Origin: Verrucomicrobiia bacterium
Lineage (GTDB): Bacteria; Verrucomicrobiota; Verrucomicrobiia; Limisphaerales; UBA1319
Assembly (NCBI GenBank): GCA_963664225.1
Contig: OY760937.1
Span: forward strand, 4,448,001-4,512,000
DNA length: 64,000 nt
Direction of reading: 5' to 3'
Shown here: in pieces, positions 57,001-64,000 of the stretch
How the letters are laid out: each line of letters opens with the position of its first letter
Numbering within the stretch: position 1 is the stretch's first letter
Program-made: the position numbers and the translations under genes
The notes under the pieces: generated by a model
What the model saw: the letters and a program-made list of their open reading frames with translations, nothing else
Database searches by the model: none
Told to the model about the DNA's origin: nothing

Positions 57001-59243
57001 GCGCAAACAGCCTGACGGCCTACACGGTCGTGGGTGGGGTCACCAACATGGCTGGTTCCTATACCAACACCGCACTCATCAGCGGTACGGGTTTTGTCAC
57101 CAATCCCGTCAACACAACTGCAACCATCGGGGGCCGGTGTTTCGCGATGGCAACCGCTTCCGGCCACTTGCTCGTTGGTTCCGGAGCGACACTCGAAATA
57201 TGGGATGTCAGCCATCCATCCTCACCCGTCCGGCAAGGGGCCGTGCGTTTGCCAGGATTGATTCAGGATATTGCCGCCACCGAGTCTTACGCTTACGTCG
57301 CCTGCGGCTCGGCCGGCGTCCAGTTCGTGGATCTGCATTCGTCCTCCCAGCCCATTCATCGACGCACGCTCAATACCGCCGGCAATGCCTACTCAGTGGC
57401 GGTGAGCGGAAGCTATTTGTATGTGGCTGACGGCAATGCGGGCCTGCGCATCGTCAACATTTCGAGTCCCTCCAGTCCCTCGATGGCTGGAGTGTATTAC
57501 ACCTCGGGACCGGCCCGGGCCGTTGCCGTTTCCAACAGCCGTGCCTACCTCCTCGACCAGCAGCAGGGTTTGTTGATTCTTGATGTGTCGAGCCCAAGAA
57601 CTCCGTCGCTCCTGGGTGTTTACCCCAACTTCGATGCGGGCGTGGCCCTGGCGGTTTCCAGTTCGTATGCATACCTGCTGGATGCCAATAATCACTTCGC
57701 CATCGTCAACGTCTCCACTCCGGCGAGTCCGACATTAAGCGGTTCGCTCATTTTGACGAACATGATCGGTCAGAGCATTGCCGTGAATGGTTCACGAGCT
57801 TATGTTTCGGCCGGAGTCAGCGGTTTGGTGACCATCAATGTCTCCACACCCTCGGCTCCCACGATCGTTTCAACCACTGCCATGCCGGGTGAAGCGGGGG
57901 AAATAGCGCGTTCCAGCTCGACCCTCTATGTGGCTGACGGCTTTGCCGGATTCCAGGTGTTCAATGTCTCTTCATCGTCGGCACCATCGCTCCAGGCGGA
58001 TTACCCGACTGCGTTGCGGGCAACCGATGTGGCCATCACCAACAATCTGGCGTATGTGGCTGCGGGTGAAAGCGGTTTGCGAATCTTCTCGCTGACCAAT
58101 GCCGGTTCGCCAGCGCTCCTCGGCCGGTTCACCGGAGCGGCCAACGCCCGCGCGGTGGCCGTTTCAGGTTCCCGCGCTTATGTGGGTGACGGGCCCAATG
58201 GTTTGAAAATTGTCAATGTCGCCAACCCGGCGGCCCCCACGTTATTGGGCAGCTATACGAACTCGAAGCTGGGCAGCATCCGTGATGTCGGAGTATCTGG
58301 TTCGCTGGTGGTGGTGAGCGATGGACGAACCATGCTCCTGCTGGACGCTTCCACCTCATCGAGGCCAACCCTGGTGGGCACGTATAACACACCGGCCTTC
58401 GCGTTCGCGATGACCGTAAACAACAACCGCGCCTATGTGGCTTGCGGCAAGGCCGGCCTGGTGATTCTCAATGTTTCTCGCAGTTCATTCGCCACCCTGG
58501 GCAGCCTGGTCATGCCTTCGCTGGTAAACGACGTTTCCGTTGCCGGCACCTCAGCCTATCTTTCAGGACCCGTCGGAGGCTGGTGGACCGTCGATGTTTC
58601 GACTCCGTCGGCGCCCCATCTGGTGCAGAGCGCCACCGGTCAGGGAGCCATCATGGGTCTGGCCGCTCTGGGCACCAACGTCGCAGTCCTGACCACGACC
58701 AATTATCTGGTTACAATGAACGCTTCGGTGCCATTGAGGCCGGTATCCATGAAATCCTTCGGACCGTTGGTTGGCGCGATCCGGCTGGCCGTCAGCTCGA
58801 ACTTCGTGGCCTCTGCAGAAGATGAAGCAGGCTTGGGCCTGTTTGCCGTGGCTTTTGGCGGCGGATCGAGCCGGAGCCTGGAACTGGATTCGTTCGTGGC
58901 AAAGAGTGTGGGTGCTGAAAGCGGCCCAGTGCTGCTCGGCGCATCACTGGCTGTAGCTAATCCTGCGGCGGGCACTTTAACGCCTGCCGCGCAGGTTTCG
59001 CCAGCCTCGACTGCCACGGATGCCGCATCGACGAATGCGAACTTCACACTGCACTGGCAGAGCGTGGCTGGTCAGACTTACACCGTCTATCGTTCGACAG
59101 ATCTCAAGGGTGGATTCACCCCATTGCAGACTCACATACCGGCGACGCCGCCAACGAACGTCTTTATCGATCCTGTCGCGCATGATGCGGCCTTCTATAT
59201 GATCGTGATCGAGGAAACGGGTGCCGCGCCAGCGAATCAATAA
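54096..59243 (+). CDS. Giant secreted protein: DUF2271-like flavinylation domain, CARDB-like repeats, LVIVD repeats, C-terminal domain
   Basis: GTG start and signal peptide; AFWITD..GRFIVTV...DGYSGAT...WNGRD..PDGNY; five HD(I/V)A repeats of 107-110 aa; many AYVA....GL.I.NVS.P..P LVIVD units; W.SVAGQTYTVYRSTDL...FY tail. Confidence 0.85.
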   Translation: MKNILKLMGAILLGAILTQGVSAATTDGTATLNVTLTDPAGNYNRRVDAFWITDGTGRFIVTVRKDAASEQAYLYQWNTARGTSTVVDGYSGATITTWTPMSVPWNGRDANNVLVPDGNYRFYAEFTDHNGQGWWTTNGLAFTKGASAYTTNYPALQYLTAMSVTYAPVAVVHDIAVTSMTPSTAVANTTVAVQVGVTNRTANAETFSVILSNATSGVVVGTQTVTSLAGNAASSVTFQWNTAGLQGNYALRATAGPVTGETSTADNSYTNTVAVQPLVHDIAVTSMAPNTAQANTTVSVQVGVTNKTANAESFSVTLSNVTTATLIGTQTVGALAGNATTSAAFAWNTAGLQGNYVLRAVAGPVTGETITANNSFTNTVAVQSVAHDIAVTSLSPSLALPGTNVTITVGVTNLTINTETFSVVLSNLTSASRIGTQQITALAGNRTTSATFQWSTTNLSGNYVLQASAGPVTGETATTDNTRTSTVAVRSLIHDVAIAAINVPALVSPNSTATISVLATNAGETAESFGVQLFDDTDARAIGGTYQVSNLAVAATLNVPFTWSTTNSSLGVHTLRAVAVAVTGETALANNTKSAAVTVQTVNHDVAIATILAPTFVAPNGTATISVVATNLGAVAESFGVQLLDDTDARTIGATYQVTNLAVAAAVNIPFTWKATNSSLGYHMLRAVANPVSGETTLANNTNTVRVAVATGLGTNTYIAKASPWRYNDQGLDLTQTPWRLPDYYDATWSLGAAPLGYSANSSLTNLTTRLSWGPVATNKYPTYYLRREFYADVLPAAMTLNMRCVDGAILYLNGVELTRQNIAWSMGYSDLADAPVTGTNRYTYVSTSLVPTNVVLGRNVLAVELHRADLTGSGLAFDLEMIGTAPQATAKHLVDTISMTTSGSAILGDQLPVSVTVTNRGNVTESVQVFLKNNTTGQIIGSQTITSLVPGGTTSINFDWGTLGANNGANSLTAYTVVGGVTNMAGSYTNTALISGTGFVTNPVNTTATIGGRCFAMATASGHLLVGSGATLEIWDVSHPSSPVRQGAVRLPGLIQDIAATESYAYVACGSAGVQFVDLHSSSQPIHRRTLNTAGNAYSVAVSGSYLYVADGNAGLRIVNISSPSSPSMAGVYYTSGPARAVAVSNSRAYLLDQQQGLLILDVSSPRTPSLLGVYPNFDAGVALAVSSSYAYLLDANNHFAIVNVSTPASPTLSGSLILTNMIGQSIAVNGSRAYVSAGVSGLVTINVSTPSAPTIVSTTAMPGEAGEIARSSSTLYVADGFAGFQVFNVSSSSAPSLQADYPTALRATDVAITNNLAYVAAGESGLRIFSLTNAGSPALLGRFTGAANARAVAVSGSRAYVGDGPNGLKIVNVANPAAPTLLGSYTNSKLGSIRDVGVSGSLVVVSDGRTMLLLDASTSSRPTLVGTYNTPAFAFAMTVNNNRAYVACGKAGLVILNVSRSSFATLGSLVMPSLVNDVSVAGTSAYLSGPVGGWWTVDVSTPSAPHLVQSATGQGAIMGLAALGTNVAVLTTTNYLVTMNASVPLRPVSMKSFGPLVGAIRLAVSSNFVASAEDEAGLGLFAVAFGGGSSRSLELDSFVAKSVGAESGPVLLGASLAVANPAAGTLTPAAQVSPASTATDAASTNANFTLHWQSVAGQTYTVYRSTDLKGGFTPLQTHIPATPPTNVFIDPVAHDAAFYMIVIEETGAAPANQ

Positions 59244-59280
59244 AACTTGCGACGCACGAATAACACGTTGAACCTGTAGC

Positions 59281-60396
59281 ATGCGAGCTTCAGGTCTCAA
59301 CATGAACCGGTGTACACGGAGCGCGGGACGCATGACCCGCAGCTCCGTTCAATTCATCCTCCTGCTTGGATGGGTGTCAATTCTGGCACCCATCCTTTCC
59401 CTCCCGGTACGTGGTGCCGATTTTCCGCTCATTTCCTGGCAGGGCCAGACCATGGGGTCCACGTACACCGTGAAAATCGTGGACGCCCAACTTGCCGAAC
59501 CGACAGTGGAGGCCTTAAAGCTTGAAATCGAGCGGTGCCTGAAGGAAGTCAATCGTCAGGTGTCGCATTACCAACCGGAGAGTGAATTATCACGGTTCAA
59601 CCGTTCACCTGCGAACACCCCTTTTAAAGCCTCCCCGGGTTTCTTCCGCGTCCTCCAGCATAGCCTCGAATTGAACCGTCAATCGCAAGGCGCCTTTGAT
59701 CCCACGCTGGGACCACTCATCGACCTGTGGGGATTTGGCGCGAAGACTAACAACAAGGCAGTGCCGACCGACGCGCAAATCTCGGAGGCGAAGAAACTCT
59801 ACGGTTGCCAGCACCTCTCTCTGACCGCCAACGGGGAAATCCTCAAAGACATTCCGGAACTGCGCCTAAACCTCAGTTCCGCCGGCAAAGGTTTTGGCAC
59901 CGATGAAATGGCGCGCGTTCTTCGAGCACATGGCTTGACGAACATTTACGTCTCCATCAGTGGCGATGTCTTCACCCAGGGACACAATGCCCAAGGCAAA
60001 AAATGGCAGGTGGGCATTTCAGCTCCAATGCCCGATTGGAGTCCCGGAGATCCACTGGTCACGGTGCTCTCTGTATCGGGACAGGCCGTTTCCACATCGG
60101 GCGATTATCAGAAATATTTGATCGACGCCCAGGGACGGCGTCTTGGCCATATCTTCGATCCGAAAACCGGCTGGCCTGTTCAGCATAATCTGGCGGGCGT
60201 CTCGGTGGTGGCCGGGGATTGCATGACTTCCAGTTCCCTGGCCACGACACTCTTTGTGCTTGGGCCGGATGAAGGACTTCGATTCATTGAATCCCGGACC
60301 AATGCCGCCGCACTATTCGTGGTCCAGGATGCCGATCATAAATTCCAATCGATCCCCAGTTCTCGGTTTAAGGTCATGACCGGATATCAGCCGTGA
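59281..60396 (+). CDS. apbE: FAD:protein FMN transferase
   Basis: TMGS, SELSRFN, GAFDPTLGPL..LWGF, KG..TD, WQVGI, STSGDY and HIFDPKTG; start may be at 59332. Confidence 0.92.
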   Translation: MRASGLNMNRCTRSAGRMTRSSVQFILLLGWVSILAPILSLPVRGADFPLISWQGQTMGSTYTVKIVDAQLAEPTVEALKLEIERCLKEVNRQVSHYQPESELSRFNRSPANTPFKASPGFFRVLQHSLELNRQSQGAFDPTLGPLIDLWGFGAKTNNKAVPTDAQISEAKKLYGCQHLSLTANGEILKDIPELRLNLSSAGKGFGTDEMARVLRAHGLTNIYVSISGDVFTQGHNAQGKKWQVGISAPMPDWSPGDPLVTVLSVSGQAVSTSGDYQKYLIDAQGRRLGHIFDPKTGWPVQHNLAGVSVVAGDCMTSSSLATTLFVLGPDEGLRFIESRTNAAALFVVQDADHKFQSIPSSRFKVMTGYQP

Positions 60397-60479
60397 AGTT
60401 TGGAACTGCGTTGGCCACCTGATTCACATTCTGATTCAACTTGTGCGCATCGGGAGGATGAGGCACGTTTTAGGAAAGC

Positions 60480-61445
60480 ATGAATCGCCGTGAATTTATC
60501 CAAAGCGTTGCGGCTGGACTGGCCGTTGCACCCCTGCTGACCTCTGCCGCACCCGTTGGCATCCCCACACGCTCGCTGGGCCGCACCGGCATCAAAGTTC
60601 CCATTATTGGCTTCGGCTCCGGGAGCCGTTTCCTGATGTATCAAAAGGACGAAGACGCCTGGGAGGCGCTCAACCGGGCCATCGACCTGGGCATAACTTA
60701 CATCGACACCGCGCATGCCTATGGGAATGGCAAGAGCGAGGAGCGCGTTGGACATGTGATGGCCACGCGGCGCAAGGAAGTGGTTCTGGCCACGAAAATT
60801 CCCGGGCGCACGGCGGACCAGGCCCGGCGGCAAATTGAGCTGAGCCTGAAGCGTCTTCAAACCGACCATCTGGATGTGCTGCATATTCACGACCTGAAAG
60901 GCGATAAAGACATTGAGGCCATTGAGGCGCGCGGCGGTGTGCTCGAGGCGTTGCATGAGGCCCGTGATCAGAAAATCACCCGCGCCATTGGGATCACCTG
61001 TCACGCCAATCCCGCCGGTCTGAAGACCATGCTCGAACGCCATGATTTCGATTGCACACAGATGGCCTTGAATGCGGGATTGGCCCGCATGGCGGATCTT
61101 CCGGGCGGCATGAAGGCGACACTGGCCGGGGAGGGAAGTTTCGAGCGACTCGCCTTGCCGGTGGCCACGCGAAAGCACATGGGTGTCATCGCCATGAAAG
61201 TATTCGGTCAGGAGCAACTCCTGGGGGCGGCATCGGTGGAAAACCTGCTGGCGTATGTGCTTTCCCTGCCGATCAGCCTTGCGAGCCTGGGCATGCCCCG
61301 ATTGGAGCATATCGAGAAAAACGCCTCCCTTGCATGCACCAGCAAACGCATGTCCGGCAGCCAGCGTCGGAAGCTTTCGGAAACCATCGAATCAGAGAAA
61401 AAGCTGGCCATGATGCGCTTCTTTGAGGCCCATCAGGATTGCTGA
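60480..61445 (+). CDS. Tat-exported aldo/keto reductase
   Basis: NRREFI Tat motif; LGRTG, IDTAHAYG..SE, LATK, SLKRLQTDHLD and IAMKVFG. Confidence 0.9.
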   Translation: MNRREFIQSVAAGLAVAPLLTSAAPVGIPTRSLGRTGIKVPIIGFGSGSRFLMYQKDEDAWEALNRAIDLGITYIDTAHAYGNGKSEERVGHVMATRRKEVVLATKIPGRTADQARRQIELSLKRLQTDHLDVLHIHDLKGDKDIEAIEARGGVLEALHEARDQKITRAIGITCHANPAGLKTMLERHDFDCTQMALNAGLARMADLPGGMKATLAGEGSFERLALPVATRKHMGVIAMKVFGQEQLLGAASVENLLAYVLSLPISLASLGMPRLEHIEKNASLACTSKRMSGSQRRKLSETIESEKKLAMMRFFEAHQDC

Positions 61446-61670
61446 TCGTACTCTGCTGAATTTGGCAAATTGGTTAATGTGCCAGAGCTAAAGGGCCAAA
61501 CTCGATGCGGCCCTGTTCGCTTGGAAATGACCTTGATCCTGAAACAGAACAGGCACCCGGCTGACTGTTGAAAGGATTGGTCAAGTGCTTCCTGAGGCGC
61601 GCTTTTCGTCCACGAATTGCACTTGCCATGTGCGTCATGGCCCGATTCAATCAACGGACCCATCCAACAA

Positions 61671-62975
61671 ATGACTGCCGAATCGAGTTTTGAAGCCAGG
61701 ACCTATGCCAAAGTCGATTGGCGCCTGATTCCGTTTCTGTTCCTTTGTTACATCCTGGCTTATCTGGACCGGGTGAACATCGGATTCGCCAAGCTGCAAA
61801 TGCTCAAGGATCTCGAATTGAGCGATGCGGCGTTTGCCACGGGCGCGGGGATTTTCTTCATCGGATATTTTGTTTTCGAGGTTCCGAGCAACGTGCTTTT
61901 GAGACGATTTGGCGCCCGAACATGGATAGCCCGGATCATGATTTCCTGGGGGATCATCTCCTCGGCGATGATGTTTGTGCGCGGCGAGACCGCCTTTTAC
62001 GCCATGCGCATGCTGCTCGGATTTGCGGAGGCGGGCTTTTTCCCGGGAATCATTTTTTATCTGACGTTGTGGTATCCTTCCCGGTTGCGCTCGACCCGGA
62101 CGGCGCTCTTTGTTTCGGCCATCGCCGTTTCAGGCGTGCTGGGCAATCCCATTTCGGGGCTGATCATGGACAAGCTTTCGGGAACAGCGGGGCTGGCTGG
62201 CTGGCAATGGCTGTTCCTGGCCGAGGGCATTCCCTCGATCCTCGTGGGAATCTGTGTCTTGTTCTATCTGGATAGCAGCATTGTGGAAGCCAGATGGTTG
62301 AGCGCGGATGAAAAGGCGCTGCTGGCCAAAAACCTCGAGATCGAAGATCGCCATAAGGACCAGGTCCGGTTGTTGGACGCCTTGAAGTCAGGAAAAGTTT
62401 ACGCCCTGGCGGCCATTTATTTCACGCTGATGATCGGGCTTTATGGTATTTCATTCTGGCTTCCGACACTGGTCAAGGCCTTTGGCGTGAAGGGCTATCT
62501 GAATACCGGCCTGATCATCGCCATTCCTTACGCGGTGGCGGTGGTGGGGATGATCCTCTTGAGCCGCAATTCCGACCGAACTGGAGAGCGGCGGATGCAT
62601 TACGTTCTTAACGTGACCGCCGGTGGGATCGGGCTGATTCTCAGCGGCGTTTTTGCGGCACAGCCAGTTCTGGCCATTATTTTTCTGTCGATGGGAACGT
62701 TGGGAGTGGTTGGTTCCATGCCATTGTTCTGGCCTGTGCCTTCCACGTTCCTTGCCGGAACTGCAGCGGCGGCGGGCATTGGGGTGGTTAATTCCGTTGG
62801 CAACCTTGGTGGCTACATCGGTCCGAACGTTCCCATCTGGGTCAGGCATTGGACGTCTGATCCTTCGGGAGCTCTCTACGTCTTTGCGGTATCGCTCTTT
62901 GTGGGGGCTGCCATGGCCTATTTTGTTTTTCCCCGGAGTCCTGGGATTCAATCCAGCCGAGCCGAGCCGGAATGA
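61671..62975 (+). CDS. MFS transporter, anion:cation symporter family (TtuB-like)
   Basis: LAYLDRVNIGFA, FEVPSN, EAGFFPG, GWQWLF..EG and NSVGNLGG. Confidence 0.92.
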   Translation: MTAESSFEARTYAKVDWRLIPFLFLCYILAYLDRVNIGFAKLQMLKDLELSDAAFATGAGIFFIGYFVFEVPSNVLLRRFGARTWIARIMISWGIISSAMMFVRGETAFYAMRMLLGFAEAGFFPGIIFYLTLWYPSRLRSTRTALFVSAIAVSGVLGNPISGLIMDKLSGTAGLAGWQWLFLAEGIPSILVGICVLFYLDSSIVEARWLSADEKALLAKNLEIEDRHKDQVRLLDALKSGKVYALAAIYFTLMIGLYGISFWLPTLVKAFGVKGYLNTGLIIAIPYAVAVVGMILLSRNSDRTGERRMHYVLNVTAGGIGLILSGVFAAQPVLAIIFLSMGTLGVVGSMPLFWPVPSTFLAGTAAAAGIGVVNSVGNLGGYIGPNVPIWVRHWTSDPSGALYVFAVSLFVGAAMAYFVFPRSPGIQSSRAEPE

Positions 62976-62979
62976 TTTT

Positions 62980-64000
62980 ATGCAATGGATGTTGATTATA
63001 CTTGGGTTGTCCCTGTCACCACTTTTCGCACAGGAGCATGTTCCGGCGAGGGTGGGGGACAGGGAAAAACAAGCGGTGACTGAGGTTAAATCCGGCACGA
63101 TAAATCGCGCCGCTCCATTGACGCGAGATGATGTGCTGTCGATCAAGGACGGGCGGTTCTTCCTGGACGGGAAGCCCTTTGCCGAAATCAGTTTCAACAA
63201 GTTCGACCTGTTGTGGCAGTTGTATGATTAGTTGGCCGCAGGCCAGAAACTGGATGACACGAACCTGATGGTTAAGGCTCAGGACAAGGCCTTGCGCAAT
63301 CTTCACGAATTGGGATTCCAATCCATCCGTATCTTTGCCCTGCCATGGGGCCCGGAGGGTCCGGGGTCTTATGCTGATCCGGCGAAGCGCAAGAACCTCT
63401 ACGCCGCCCTCGACAAGACACTGGAACTGTGCGACGCGCACGACATCCGCGTCGTCTGGTCCCTGGGTGTCCTAACCTTTACCGACACGAAACTGGAGCC
63501 TGGCAAGGGCTGGGTGTTTGGCGAGGAACAGGAGCGCGAACTGGTCTCCAACCCGGAATCCCGCAGCCGCAAGTTTCTCTATCGCTATATCGATGAAACT
63601 GTGGCGCGTTACAAACAGCGCAAAGCCGTGCTGATGTGGGAACTCTCCAACGAAATCACGCTGGATGCGGACATCGGCGATGGCAACCGCGTTTACGAAG
63701 GACAACGCATGCCCACGCTCAAGGACGTTGCCGGGTTCTTTGACGATGTCGCCAGGCGAATCAAGTCTTCCGATCCCCTGCGCCTGGTCAACAGCGGCGG
63801 CTCGAACATGCGCGAAAGCCAGTGGCATCTTTACCTCGGTCAGGGCTGGAAAAAGGACACTTTTGAGGAGCAATTTAAATGCTTCGAGCTGCTCTATGCG
63901 AAATCCGCCATCGACATCATAGATATCCATTCGTATCCAAACACCAAGCCCGGCTACGCCATCCTGGGCGAGGACGGCAAGGAAATGTGGTTGGACAACA
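62980..64000 (+). pseudogene. GH5-like (clan GH-A) glycoside hydrolase with an in-frame TAG at 63229-63231; runs off the window end
   Basis: The frame stays open after the TAG: LGFQSIRIFALPW...VARYKQRKAVLMWELSNE...IIDIHSYP; signal peptide at the start. Confidence 0.75.

Noticed and set aside
63229..63231. Pyrrolysine or genetic-code reassignment
   Set aside because: TAG ends other genes in the window and no pyl genes are visible

Overview
Gene-dense, GC-rich bacterial window. Many secreted proteins share a C-terminal 'W..Y.(V/L)...S..L..W...FYR' domain and Tat-exported sugar enzymes are common, which suggests Verrucomicrobiota (inference). Left to right: housekeeping genes (proC, AI-2E transporter, EEP nuclease, TatT/DctP pair, trpB, initiator tRNA-Met); a sugar porter and GH2; a LamG/Ig protein with cohesin-dockerin-cohesin-like modules; a partly duplicated two-component island around a DUF3494 ice-binding-family gene; more CAZymes (CBM6 plus six-hairpin GH, GH172, GH120); a CotH-kinase surface protein; and a SauUSI-like PLD-helicase-DUF3427 restriction gene. 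The most notable locus is 50989-60396. It encodes a Tat-exported group 1a-like [NiFe]-hydrogenase with no cytochrome b partner, its maturation protease, a 1715-aa surface protein whose N-terminal DUF2271-like domain carries a DGYSGAT flavinylation motif ahead of CARDB-like and LVIVD repeats, and an ApbE flavin transferase. This is a candidate H2-linked, flavin-based extracytoplasmic electron-transfer system. The window ends in a GH5-like gene interrupted by an in-frame TAG. No CRISPR array, rRNA or transposase was seen. All family calls come from reading motifs by eye, not from database searches.
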